From Candidatus Avelusimicrobium faecicola (GTDB taxonomy: Bacteria; Elusimicrobiota; Elusimicrobia; Elusimicrobiales; Elusimicrobiaceae): a stretch of 64,000 bases of DNA. The stretch is taken from contig JAJWNA010000002.1 of the NCBI GenBank assembly GCA_021636085.1, positions 28,690 to 92,689 of the forward strand, given 5' to 3'. Positions 19,544 to 28,947 of the stretch are shown piece after piece; the stretch's first letter is position 1, and each line of letters begins with the position of its first letter. The position numbers and the translations under genes are program-made. Under the pieces are notes generated by a model that was not told the DNA's origin, searched no databases, and saw only the letters and a list, made by a program, of their open reading frames with translations.

Positions 19544-21241
19544 TTATTTCTTCCCCTTGTGATTTTCTGTATACGGCGGGCGCAAAATGGGCGGTTTAGA
19601 AGGGCTCTTGGCCACCTTTTCCACTTCCATTTCGGCCACTAAAATACTGGGGGAAACCGCCGACACCGGCACCCAGCCGGATTCCGCCCCGCAACTGCCG
19701 TTAAAAACGGCGTAATCGTCCCCCGCCGCAATTACTTTGCTGAAACTGGCCAGCGGAGTGCCCACCAAATCCACCCCGCGCACTACTTCTTTGCGGCCGT
19801 CCGGGTACACCCGGTAGACCAGCAACGGGTTTACCTTAAAAGACTGCGGGGCCGAAGTGTCGGTCATGGTAAATCCGCCGGAAATATCTTCTATAATTAG
19901 CCCGTACGGTTTGCCCTGGCGCTTGATTTCTTCCAGCAGTTTTTGCTCTAGCTGCGCATACGGCATACTTTCTTGCGGCGTGATGACCGTATTGCCCATG
20001 CGCGCCACCACCCGGTACCCGGCGGACTTGCGCCCGTGTCCGTTGGATTTAGAAAAATTTTGGATAGGGCTGGCACTCATTAAAAAGTTTTTAAGTACGC
20101 CCTTTTCAATCAACGGCACATTTTCGGCCGGGTTGCCTTCGTCGTCAAACAGATAAAACCCCCGGAGCGGAATACCGTTAAATTCTTCCCAACGCGGGTT
20201 ATCGCTCACGCTTAAAATGGGGGATACAATTTGCGCCCCCACTTTTTTAGTGAACGTCTGCCCGAAAGTATCGCTTTTTTGGCGGTGGCCCTCCAAGCGG
20301 TGGCCTAAAATCTCGTGGAAAAACACCCCGCTCGCCCGGTTTTTTAAGATAACCGGCCCGGTAAACGGCTCCACCACCGGCGCATTTTTTAAGGCTTTTA
20401 ATTCTTGCGCCATGCGCTCTAAATCCGCCGCCATGGTTTCTTCGGTGGGGAAGTCCTCCGCTTTTACCCCGTCATAAATCATATTGCGTTCCAAATCCAT
20501 ACCGTCCGGGTTGCGGGCCTGCACGCTCAAAATATAGCGCCCGAACGCCCGGGAAGTAAAAATGCGGTTGCCCACGCTGTCAACAAAATAAGTATTAATG
20601 CGCTCCAGCCGGAAAGCAAAGGCGGCATCATCCACAAAATCATATTTTTCCCCCTGCAAAGACAGCCGTTTCAAGCGTTCCTCTATTTCGGCCCGGTTGT
20701 ATTCAAATGTTTTTTCCTCTTGGCAAAATACATTTTTTTGCGGCAAGGCAAAATCGTCCGATGTATCCATATTTTCCGCGGACACCTGTTTATTGGAAAG
20801 CACCCGGTTGTATTCCTGTTGGGCGTTTTCCACCGCCGCCTGCGTGCCCCGCCACAAAGCGTTGTGCAACGCCAAAGAATCCCGCCGGGCCAAAGGCACT
20901 TGCACGGAAACCAAATCCGTATTTGTATAAGTGCCTTTTAATTCGTGGGTATTATCGGTATGCACACTGCCCACGCGGGCGGAAATATCCACCGCGCCGG
21001 AATCGTCCGTAATGGAAAATTGCAAGGCTCCGGCCTTGGCATTGGCCTGAAAAGCGGACGTTTCATACAGTTGGTAAGACATATAATACACCGGCGGGCG
21101 CAATTTTTTAAGCGTTTTGAAATTACGCCGTAATTGGGTGGATAGCGCGGAAAGGAGCGTATCCTGTTCCGCGGGACATTCGGCGGCGGACACGACCCCG
21201 CCCCCCACACATAAAACGAGTAAAAAGAGAAGTTTTTTCAT
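19544..21241 (-). CDS. secreted TldD-family metallopeptidase
   Basis: HEILGHRLEGH zinc motif typical of TldD. Start is trimmed to MKKLLFLLVLCVGGGVVSAAE, a signal peptide. Confidence 0.7.
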   Translation of the reverse strand: MKKLLFLLVLCVGGGVVSAAECPAEQDTLLSALSTQLRRNFKTLKKLRPPVYYMSYQLYETSAFQANAKAGALQFSITDDSGAVDISARVGSVHTDNTHELKGTYTNTDLVSVQVPLARRDSLALHNALWRGTQAAVENAQQEYNRVLSNKQVSAENMDTSDDFALPQKNVFCQEEKTFEYNRAEIEERLKRLSLQGEKYDFVDDAAFAFRLERINTYFVDSVGNRIFTSRAFGRYILSVQARNPDGMDLERNMIYDGVKAEDFPTEETMAADLERMAQELKALKNAPVVEPFTGPVILKNRASGVFFHEILGHRLEGHRQKSDTFGQTFTKKVGAQIVSPILSVSDNPRWEEFNGIPLRGFYLFDDEGNPAENVPLIEKGVLKNFLMSASPIQNFSKSNGHGRKSAGYRVVARMGNTVITPQESMPYAQLEQKLLEEIKRQGKPYGLIIEDISGGFTMTDTSAPQSFKVNPLLVYRVYPDGRKEVVRGVDLVGTPLASFSKVIAAGDDYAVFNGSCGAESGWVPVSAVSPSILVAEMEVEKVAKSPSKPPILRPPYTENHKGKK

Positions 21242-21356
21242 AAATAACCTTATATTGCATTGTAGCAAAAAAGCCGGACCCCCAACGCCGCGCAAGGGGA
21301 ATTTTTTATTTAAGCCGCAACACAATTTATCCGAAAGGGCAAAATATCCAAAAAAT

Positions 21357-21419
21357 GAGGTATCCGAGGTTGCGAGGACAACGCCGGCGGGCAAAAGAAG
21401 ACGCAAAAAAAGCCGAGAA
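21357..21419. repeat. 63-bp direct repeat, copy 1 (62/63 identical to copy 2)
   Basis: gaggtatccgaggttgcgaggacaacgccggcgggcaaaagaagacgcaaaaaaagccgagaa, lying in the upstream region of the TldD/PmbA operon. Confidence 0.9.
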
Positions 21420-21566
21420 CAAGAAATAGCCCTAAACCGCCGTACATAATAACAGGCGCAAAAAACTTAAACCCATTCCACGCAACCGGCGTATTTTTTG
21501 CGAGTATTTTGGCTGTCCGGCTAGGACACAGCAACCGAGCGTATACTGTAAAAAGGGCGGCAGCCC

Positions 21567-21629
21567 GAGGTATCCGAGGTTGCGAGGACAACGCCGGCGG
21601 GCAAAAGAAGATGCAAAAAAAGCCGAGAA
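21567..21629. repeat. 63-bp direct repeat, copy 2, overlapping the 3' end of tRNA-Thr
   Basis: Same sequence as copy 1 with one mismatch. Its last 9 nt are the 3' acceptor end of the tRNA. Confidence 0.9.
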
Positions 21630-21693
21630 TGGGAGTCGAACCCACAACCTACGGTTTACAAAACCGTTGCTCTGCCAGTTGAGCTATCTCGGC
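21621..21693 (-). tRNA. tRNA-Thr (anticodon TGT)
   Basis: Cloverleaf folds by hand: acceptor GCCGAGA/TCTCGGC, anticodon stem ACGGT/ACCGT with loop TTTGTAA, T-loop TTCGACT. No encoded CCA. Confidence 0.85.
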
Positions 21694-21803
21694 GTGAATA
21701 TATTTATTTTAGCATTTTTACCGCCCCGGGCCAAACGCTTTCTGCCGTCTCCGGCAAAATTTGTATAATTTTATTATCTTAATTTTACGGAGAATTTAAT
21801 TTT

Positions 21804-22739
21804 ATGGAACCCGTCACAACTACTGTATCGGTGGCTATGTGGATTGCCTTTTGGGTAATTGTACTGGCCGCTTTATTTATTGATTTAGCCGTACTCAACA
21901 AACATCATGGGCACATTTCCATTAAAGAGGCCGCAGGCATGGTCTGTGCGTGGGTTTCTTTAGCGGTATTATTCGGCGGCGCCATTTGGCTGGTGGAAGG
22001 CCCCACGCACGCACTGGAATTTTTTACCGGGTATGTACTGGAATATTCCCTGTCCGTGGATAATATGTTTGTATTTATTATGATTTTCGGCTATTTTGCC
22101 ATCGCGCGGGATTTACAGCCCAAAGTGTTGCTCTGGGGTATTTTGGGGGCCGTAATCATGCGCTTTTTGTTCATTTTCATTGGCGTACAGCTTATTTCCG
22201 CGTTCTCGTGGACGATTTACCTGTTCGGGGCGTTGCTTATTTTTACGGCAACCAAAATGCTTTTGCAAAAAGAAGACGATAATTTTGACCCCAGCCAATC
22301 GTTCATCTTAAAAGTTTTCAAAAAAATAATGCCCATTAAAACGGACTACCACGGGGAAAACTTTTTTACTAAAGAAAACGGCAAATGGCTGGCCACCCCG
22401 CTGTTTGCCACGGTGCTGGTGATTGAAATGTCCGACCTGATTTTTGCGGTGGACTCCATCCCGGCGGTGTTATCCATTACGCAAGACACGTTTTTGGTGT
22501 ATTCGTCCAACATTTTTGCTATTATTGGTTTACGGTCTTTGTATTTTTTATTGTCCGGCATGGCCAACAAATTCCCCTACCTCAAATACGGTATTTCCGT
22601 TATTTTGTTCTTTGTAGGGGCCAAAATGTTGGTAAGCCGCGTTTTCCATGTGCCGGTGGTGGCCTCGTTAAGCGTAATTGTGGGAATTTTGGTGCTGTCT
22701 GTTTTAGCCAGCAAGGTATTTCCGCCTAAAGAAGCCTAA
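21804..22739 (+). CDS. TerC-family integral membrane protein
   Basis: Multi-TM protein with a TerC motif (SVDNMFVFIMIF). Confidence 0.75.
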   Translation: MEPVTTTVSVAMWIAFWVIVLAALFIDLAVLNKHHGHISIKEAAGMVCAWVSLAVLFGGAIWLVEGPTHALEFFTGYVLEYSLSVDNMFVFIMIFGYFAIARDLQPKVLLWGILGAVIMRFLFIFIGVQLISAFSWTIYLFGALLIFTATKMLLQKEDDNFDPSQSFILKVFKKIMPIKTDYHGENFFTKENGKWLATPLFATVLVIEMSDLIFAVDSIPAVLSITQDTFLVYSSNIFAIIGLRSLYFLLSGMANKFPYLKYGISVILFFVGAKMLVSRVFHVPVVASLSVIVGILVLSVLASKVFPPKEA

Positions 22740-22813
22740 ACGGGGTGGACAAACACGCTTGGATTTAATAAAATATAAAGACAAAATTTAATTCAGTTAT
22801 AAGGAAGGGAATT

Positions 22814-23008
22814 ATGGCGTATAAATGTGCAGTGTGTGGCAAAGCCCCGGTTTCCGGCGGCTCTTACAGCCACTCTAACATGAGAACAAAAAGAAGCTTC
22901 AAGCCCAACTTGCAAAAACAAAAAGTGATGTTGGACGGCAAAGCACAGACTGCGTATGTTTGCACCGTCTGCATCAAAAGCGGCCGTGCGACCAGACCCA
23001 CCAAATAA
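22814..23008 (+). CDS. rpmB: 50S ribosomal protein L28
   Basis: MAYKCAVCGK...RTKRSFKPNLQ, with a zinc-ribbon Cys pair. AAGGAAGGG RBS. Confidence 0.85.
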   Translation: MAYKCAVCGKAPVSGGSYSHSNMRTKRSFKPNLQKQKVMLDGKAQTAYVCTVCIKSGRATRPTK

Positions 23009-23031
23009 GTCAGCACTTTTTGCATTCAATC

Positions 23032-23063
23032 AGCCCGTGCTTTTAAGCTAGTGCGGGCTTTTT
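23032..23063 (+). terminator. rho-independent terminator after rpmB
   Basis: agcccg...cgggct followed by tttttttg. Confidence 0.5.
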
Positions 23064-25445
23064 TTGTTAAATAAGGGGCGGGAATTGATTAAATTTTCCA
23101 ACTTACAGTTGTTCGGTGCGGTGCTGTTATTGGCACAGCCCGTTTTTGCGGCACAGGCCATTGAGGAAGAAGTAGACCCCAACGGCCCGTGGATGGTTTG
23201 TGAAGTAGCCGTAGAGGGGTTGCGCAATATCTCTAAACGCACAGTCACCAAAGCAGGCAGTGCCAAAAAAGGCGCCCTGTACGAGCGCTACTCCGTATCG
23301 GAAGATATTAACGATATTTCCGCCTTAGGCAACTTTGATAAGGTGGAAGTGGATATTTCCCGCATCAAAGGCACCAAAAAAGACAAGCAGTTTTTCCAGC
23401 CGTATCCGTGCCACCGCCTGACGTATATTGTGACGGAAAAGCCTATTTTTGACCGCCTTACTTACCAGGGCCGCAAGCATTTGGGCAAAGGGGCCATTAC
23501 CCAAGCCATGACGCTTAAACTCAAGGACCCGTTCAACCAAGCCAAATTGGATGCGGACCTGGCCCGTATTCAAGCAAAATATGCCGAAAAGGGCTATGTA
23601 AACGCGCAAATTAAATACGAATTAACCCGGGTAGAAAAAGAAAACACCGTAGAAGTAAAGTTAATTATAGACGAAGGCCCCCGCACCCGCGTAGAAGCGG
23701 TCAATATCACCGGCCTTCACGAAATTCCCCTTAAAAAACTGCTTGCCAAAGCCTCCAACAAGCCGGGCAAAGTTTACAAACCGCAAAACTTACAGCGCGA
23801 TTATGTAAAAATGATGCTCTACGGCCGCAACCAAGGCTATGCCCAGTTTATGATGACGGAGCCGAAACTGGATTACAACGCGGATAAATCGTTAGTATCC
23901 GTTTCTTATGACGTCACCGAAGGCCCTAAGGTGGATTTCGGTACCACCGCGTTTGAGGGCAGTACCGTTTTTTCCGACGCGGAATTAAAAGAAAAAGTCT
24001 ATTACCGCACCGGCAAATTATACAACCAAAAAGATTTTGAAGACACCGTTTCCGCCATTCAGGAAGCCTATGCCGATAAAGGCTACCTGCAAGCCCGCGT
24101 GCAGCCCCGCTACGACGTACAAAACGGGCTGCTCAACATTTCGTTTGATATTTCCGAAGGCGGCATTTTTTACATAGATAATGTGGATGTTTCCGGCTAC
24201 GGAAAAACCAAAAAATACGTTTTTACGCGGGAGCTTTCCATTCACCCCGGGGATTTGTATGACGCGGCCAAAATACGCCGCAGCCAAACCAAAATAATGA
24301 ACCTCGGCTTTATTAATGATGTGCAAGTGGACCTCCAACCCACGGCAGACCCCCAAAAAGTGGATTTGGGCTTTAACGTGGTGGAAGGCCGCCCGGGGAT
24401 GTTCCAGGCGGGGTTAGCCATGTCCTCCATGGACGGCTTATACGGGGAAGTTTCCGTCAACCATTTGAACTTTTTGAACCGCGCGCAACGCCTTTCCCTG
24501 CGCACCATGTTCGGTAAAGAAATTTTGGATTACACCGTCAGCTGGTATACGCCGTGGATTTACGAAAAACCCACCTCTTTGGGGGTGGATGCGTTCAACA
24601 CCCGCCGCTACCGCTCTTTCGTCACGGAAAACCAAGCCTATACCGAAAAGCGCATCGGCGGCCGCGTAAAAGTAGGCCCGCGCTTTAATGATGACATCTA
24701 CCAGCTTTCATTCGGCTACTCGTTTGAAAATGTAGATATTTACGATATTGACCCCAAATACATGTACGCCCCCGGTAAAAAGCCGGGTGAATATATTGAA
24801 AAAGGCAAAACCAATATATCCACGTTCAGCGCGGATGCGGCCATTGATACCCGCGATAATATGTGGGACCCCACCCGCGGGTGGCGAAACTCCCTGGGCG
24901 TGGCGCTTGCCGGCGGGCCGATTGGCGGCGACCTGGATTTGTGGTATTTTAACGCCCGCTCCATTTTCAACCATACGGTGCTGAACATGGGGGGCAACTA
25001 CCCCATTGTGTTTGTGCTTTCCAACAAATTCGGCTCCGTACAGCCGTATGGGCGCACCAAATACGTTCCCCCTTATGAAAAATTCTTCTTGGGCGGGGCG
25101 GACACCGTCCGCGGGTATGAACGCGCGGGCGAAATCGGCCCGGCGTACGGCGGCGATATGTATTATGTAATGAACGCGGAACTGCGCTTCCCGATTGCGC
25201 GCGAAGGCCGCCGCAACATGGCCCAGTTTGCCTTCTTTTTTGATATGGGCAACTCTTGGGACCATTTTGACGATATTGACTTTAGTTTGGGACCGAACGA
25301 AAACCAATTCAAAGCCGGGGTGGGTGTAGGCTTGCGTTTTACAACCCCCGCCCTGCCGATTCGTATTGATTGGGGCTATGGTTTGAACCACGCCAAAGGG
25401 CAAGACAAATCCCACTTCTATTTCAATATGTCTAATATGATGTAA
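23064..25445 (+). CDS. bamA: outer membrane protein assembly factor BamA (Omp85)
   Basis: Signal peptide, POTRA repeats, and a C-terminal 16-strand barrel ending in an aromatic motif. Confidence 0.85.
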   Translation: MLNKGRELIKFSNLQLFGAVLLLAQPVFAAQAIEEEVDPNGPWMVCEVAVEGLRNISKRTVTKAGSAKKGALYERYSVSEDINDISALGNFDKVEVDISRIKGTKKDKQFFQPYPCHRLTYIVTEKPIFDRLTYQGRKHLGKGAITQAMTLKLKDPFNQAKLDADLARIQAKYAEKGYVNAQIKYELTRVEKENTVEVKLIIDEGPRTRVEAVNITGLHEIPLKKLLAKASNKPGKVYKPQNLQRDYVKMMLYGRNQGYAQFMMTEPKLDYNADKSLVSVSYDVTEGPKVDFGTTAFEGSTVFSDAELKEKVYYRTGKLYNQKDFEDTVSAIQEAYADKGYLQARVQPRYDVQNGLLNISFDISEGGIFYIDNVDVSGYGKTKKYVFTRELSIHPGDLYDAAKIRRSQTKIMNLGFINDVQVDLQPTADPQKVDLGFNVVEGRPGMFQAGLAMSSMDGLYGEVSVNHLNFLNRAQRLSLRTMFGKEILDYTVSWYTPWIYEKPTSLGVDAFNTRRYRSFVTENQAYTEKRIGGRVKVGPRFNDDIYQLSFGYSFENVDIYDIDPKYMYAPGKKPGEYIEKGKTNISTFSADAAIDTRDNMWDPTRGWRNSLGVALAGGPIGGDLDLWYFNARSIFNHTVLNMGGNYPIVFVLSNKFGSVQPYGRTKYVPPYEKFFLGGADTVRGYERAGEIGPAYGGDMYYVMNAELRFPIAREGRRNMAQFAFFFDMGNSWDHFDDIDFSLGPNENQFKAGVGVGLRFTTPALPIRIDWGYGLNHAKGQDKSHFYFNMSNMM

Positions 25446-25454
25446 GGACGGACT

Positions 25455-26540
25455 ATGCGTAAAATTTTTTGCCTGTTGGGTGTGTTGGTATGGGGCGGCG
25501 TATTACACGCCGCCGACCTGGATTTAACCCCCGAGGAAGCCGCGGTGGTGGCGGCCATTAAGGCAAAAAACAACACAAGCGCGCCGGACGAAACCATTAA
25601 ATTGCCGGAAACCACCAAACAGCAGGCGTTTGCGGAACACGAACAAGAATCATCCCAACCCGCGGCAGGCCCAGTGCCAAGTTCCACCGCACCGCAGATT
25701 TCTGCCGCGCCGCAGGAGCCCGCCGCTACTGCGCCGGCGCAACCGGAAATCCCATTCCAAACCCAACGGCTGGCCGTGGAACCTGTAGAGAAAAAGCCCC
25801 AACAAGCCGCACCGGATACCCCAGCGACGCCCCCCCTGTCCGTTGCCTTGCCTGCCGAACAACCTGATGCAACGGACGAGCCGGAAGATTTATCCAAATA
25901 TCAAAACAAATGCTTAACGGTAGCATTTATTGATATTGATGAAGCATTTAGCAAACACCCGCGCACGGTGGCCGTTAAGGAGCAAATCCGGCTGAAAATT
26001 TTAGCCAAAGAGCAAGAGGTGCAGAGCGCGCGCCAGATTATAGATACGCTTACGCTGGAAAACTCCCGCTTGGCGGAGCGCCTCAACCAGTTAAAACCGT
26101 TTTATGAGCGCATTGTGGTTGCCCCGCAGGAACTGGCCCCCAAAATTAAAGAAGAAGCGGACTCTTTAACCTTGGAAAACCTACTCAACCGCCTGTTATT
26201 TTCCGGGGCGGAGCTGATTACCGCCTCGCCGTTAAGCACCCCGCAGGAGTTGGACGATATTTCCGCCCGTATAGCGGCAAACCAAAAAATTATTGCAGAG
26301 CGCGGCTTTTTTATTGATAATTATAAGTATGCCACGCGCGAAGAAATTTTGAAACTGGAAGAAAAAGAAGTAAAAGCCATTTTGAAAGATATTTACACCG
26401 AAATAAAATCGTTCGCCAAAAAAAGAAACATCGGCGCCGTGGTGCGCAAAGACGAGATTTTATACGGAGAAAAGCCGGTAAACGTGACAAAAGATTTTGT
26501 AAACCGGCTGAAAAAATCCAAAAAGTACCGCAAAAAATAA
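25455..26540 (+). CDS. Skp/OmpH-family periplasmic chaperone with ~150-aa Pro/Ala/Gln-rich insertion
   Basis: Position immediately after bamA. The C-terminal ~200 aa resemble Skp (LTVAFIDIDEAFSKHP..., coiled-coil arms, ...NIGAVVRKDEILYG). The N-terminal half is low-complexity. Confidence 0.6.
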   Translation: MRKIFCLLGVLVWGGVLHAADLDLTPEEAAVVAAIKAKNNTSAPDETIKLPETTKQQAFAEHEQESSQPAAGPVPSSTAPQISAAPQEPAATAPAQPEIPFQTQRLAVEPVEKKPQQAAPDTPATPPLSVALPAEQPDATDEPEDLSKYQNKCLTVAFIDIDEAFSKHPRTVAVKEQIRLKILAKEQEVQSARQIIDTLTLENSRLAERLNQLKPFYERIVVAPQELAPKIKEEADSLTLENLLNRLLFSGAELITASPLSTPQELDDISARIAANQKIIAERGFFIDNYKYATREEILKLEEKEVKAILKDIYTEIKSFAKKRNIGAVVRKDEILYGEKPVNVTKDFVNRLKKSKKYRKK

Positions 26541-26557
26541 CGCGGCCGAGAGGGACT

Positions 26558-27631
26558 ATGAACTTAACATTAAAAGATGCCGCCCGTATCGCCCAGTGCG
26601 AACTGGCCGGAGATGAAAACCTTGTCCTGCACGAATTGTGCGCCTTGGACGACCCAAAGCCGGACGGCCTTTGCTATTTAACCCAGCTGGAAAAGCCGGA
26701 AGCCCTGGCGGACTTAAAAGCCGGTTGCGTGATTTTGCCGCTTAGCGCCAAAGGGCAAGAACTGCCCTATAAAGGGGCGGTTTTATATGCCCAAAACCCG
26801 GAATGGGCGTTTATCCTTTTGTTAAAACATATAGATTCCCAGCGCGTTAAATATACGCCGGGGATTCACCCGTCCGCCGTCATCAGCCCCAAAGCCACGT
26901 TAGGGGCCAACGTGACGGTAGGCGCCCACAGCGTGGTGGAAGACGGCGCCGTCATTGGCGATAACACCGTCATTTACCCCCAATGCTACATCGGGCAAAA
27001 TGTAAAAATCGGCAAAAACTGCCTGATTTACCCGCAAGTGGTCATCCGCGAAGACTGCATTTTGAAAGATTTTGTTATTTTGCAAGCCGGCGCTAAAATC
27101 GGCTCTGATGGCTTTGGATTTACCTTCCACGAAGGCCGCCACCAAAAAATCCCGCAAATCGGTAATGTGGTTATAGAGTCGGACGTGGAAATCCAATCCA
27201 ACACTTGTATAGACCGCGCGAAAATTTCCAGCACCACCATTGGGGCCAACACCAAAATTGATAACCTGGTGCAAATCGGCCACAATGTGCATGTGGGCAT
27301 GAGCAGTATTATGTGCGCGCAAGTGGGCGTGGCCGGCACTACCGAAATTGGCAACGGCGTTATTTTAGCCGGGCAGGTGGGGTTAGCCGGACACATGAAA
27401 ATTGGCGACCGCGTACAAGTAGGCGCCCAATCCGGCGTTGTCGGCAGTATTCCGGCCGGGCAAACCTACTTCGGCTATCCGGCCATGCCGCAAAAAGAAG
27501 CGTTCCGCCAGGTAGCTATTCTGCGCAAACTGCCGGAAATGTATACGGAATTCAAAAAACTTAAAAAACAAATGGACGAAGCCAAAAAACTGTCTTGGTT
27601 CGGCAAACTTAAAAAATGGATGGGCCAATAA
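26558..27631 (+). CDS. lpxD: UDP-3-O-acylglucosamine N-acyltransferase
   Basis: Left-handed beta-helix hexapeptide repeats, and position in the bamA-skp-lpxD cluster. Confidence 0.85.
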   Translation: MNLTLKDAARIAQCELAGDENLVLHELCALDDPKPDGLCYLTQLEKPEALADLKAGCVILPLSAKGQELPYKGAVLYAQNPEWAFILLLKHIDSQRVKYTPGIHPSAVISPKATLGANVTVGAHSVVEDGAVIGDNTVIYPQCYIGQNVKIGKNCLIYPQVVIREDCILKDFVILQAGAKIGSDGFGFTFHEGRHQKIPQIGNVVIESDVEIQSNTCIDRAKISSTTIGANTKIDNLVQIGHNVHVGMSSIMCAQVGVAGTTEIGNGVILAGQVGLAGHMKIGDRVQVGAQSGVVGSIPAGQTYFGYPAMPQKEAFRQVAILRKLPEMYTEFKKLKKQMDEAKKLSWFGKLKKWMGQ

Positions 27632-27634
27632 TTT

Positions 27635-28459
27635 ATGAGAAAAACCCTTCAAAAACCCGCTATTGTGCAGGGAATCGGTTTACACACGGGGGTTCCCTCC
27701 GTGCTGACGTTCAAACCGGCCGATAACGGCATTTCTTTCTTACGCACCGATATTCCCGGTGCCCAACCGATAGCCGCGCTGGCCGCTAATGTCAGCTCCA
27801 CCCTGCGCGGCACAAACTTGAAAAACGCCACCGCCGAAGTATGGACGGTAGAACACGTTTTATCGGCCCTGCACGCCTTGGGCGTGACGGATGCTTTGGT
27901 GGAAATGGACGGCCCGGAACCGCCGGTGACCGACGGCTCCGCCGCCGTGTATGCCAAAGAAATCCTGGCCGCCGGCTTAAAAGAGTTGGGCACAACCCGC
28001 CCGCAACTGAAAGTAAACCGCAAAATTACTTATTCCAGCGGCAATATTTCTTACAGTGCCGAACCGGCCGACAAGCTGACGTTCTCTTTTGAATACATCC
28101 ACAAGCACCCCTTGGTGGGCCGCCAAACTTTTACGGTGGATTTCACGCCGCAAGCGTACTTAAAAGAAATCGCCCCGGCACGCACCTTTGGGTTTGAAGA
28201 AGAACTGGCTTTCTTAAAACAGCACGGTTTAGCCAAAGGCGGCACATTGGAAAACGCCGTCATTATCGGCAAAGATAAATACATCAACGAACGCCGCTTC
28301 CCGGATGAATTAGTGCGCCACAAACTGCTGGATATGATAGGGGATTTAAGCCTGACCGGGCGCGACTTGCCCCCCTTAAAAATTACTTGTTCCTGCGGCG
28401 GGCACAAACACAATGTGATATTTGCTAAACTGTTATTAGACAATTCGGAGGACAAATGA
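27635..28459 (+). CDS. lpxC: UDP-3-O-acyl-N-acetylglucosamine deacetylase
   Basis: N-terminus IVQGIGLHTGVPSVLTFKPA, and the HKxxxxxGD zinc and catalytic motif near the C-terminus. Confidence 0.85.
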   Translation: MRKTLQKPAIVQGIGLHTGVPSVLTFKPADNGISFLRTDIPGAQPIAALAANVSSTLRGTNLKNATAEVWTVEHVLSALHALGVTDALVEMDGPEPPVTDGSAAVYAKEILAAGLKELGTTRPQLKVNRKITYSSGNISYSAEPADKLTFSFEYIHKHPLVGRQTFTVDFTPQAYLKEIAPARTFGFEEELAFLKQHGLAKGGTLENAVIIGKDKYINERRFPDELVRHKLLDMIGDLSLTGRDLPPLKITCSCGGHKHNVIFAKLLLDNSEDK

Positions 28460-28947
28460 GCGAAAGACGTGAAACGCTTAAAAACTACTTGACCCTTCCC
28501 GTTATTAAAACGTTGGACAAGCAAGCGATTGAACACAACATTCCCCACCGGGAGCCTTTCCTGTTGGTGGATGAAGTGCGTGTATTGGAAGAAAAAAAGA
28601 AATATATTGGAGTCCGGCGCGTCCGCGCGGACGAATACTATTTTAAGGGCCACTTCCCGCAAAAGCCCATTATGCCGGGGGTACTGGTAGTAGAAAGTAT
28701 TTCCCAGGCGTTTGGCGGCGCCATTATGGGTTATATTGCCCAGGGCGGCGGCGGTTTGCCCTTATTTTTAAGCATTGATGAGGCCAAATTCCGCGGAATG
28801 GTTGTTCCCGGCGATTTGTTGGAAATGCCCATAGAAATCATCCGCTTCGGTAAAATTTCAAAAATTTACGCGGAGGCTTATGTCAACGGCAAGCTCTGTA
28901 CGCAGGCCAGCCTGACATTCATTTTAGGAGAAACCCCCCATGCCTAA
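28456..28947 (+). CDS. fabZ: 3-hydroxyacyl-ACP dehydratase
   Basis: HREPFLLVDEV...GHFPQKPIMPGVL hot-dog fold motif. Translationally coupled to lpxC (ATGA overlap). Confidence 0.85.
   Translation: MSERRETLKNYLTLPVIKTLDKQAIEHNIPHREPFLLVDEVRVLEEKKKYIGVRRVRADEYYFKGHFPQKPIMPGVLVVESISQAFGGAIMGYIAQGGGGLPLFLSIDEAKFRGMVVPGDLLEMPIEIIRFGKISKIYAEAYVNGKLCTQASLTFILGETPHA

Noticed and set aside
21357-21629. The direct repeats as a CRISPR array.
   Set aside because: Only two copies are present, the 63-bp unit is longer than CRISPR repeats, and no cas genes occur in the window. The same reasoning applies to the 88-bp pair at 48231-48537.
24708-25415. 235-aa antisense ORF within bamA, and similar 200-aa antisense ORFs within the S1 protease (9624-10232), patatin (15860-16465), lpxC/fabZ (28051-28662), comM (37449-38054; 38694-39197) and the giant gene (35083-35652).
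   Set aside because: In each case the sense-strand protein has clear family-level homology and the antisense product has none. These are typical shadow ORFs.
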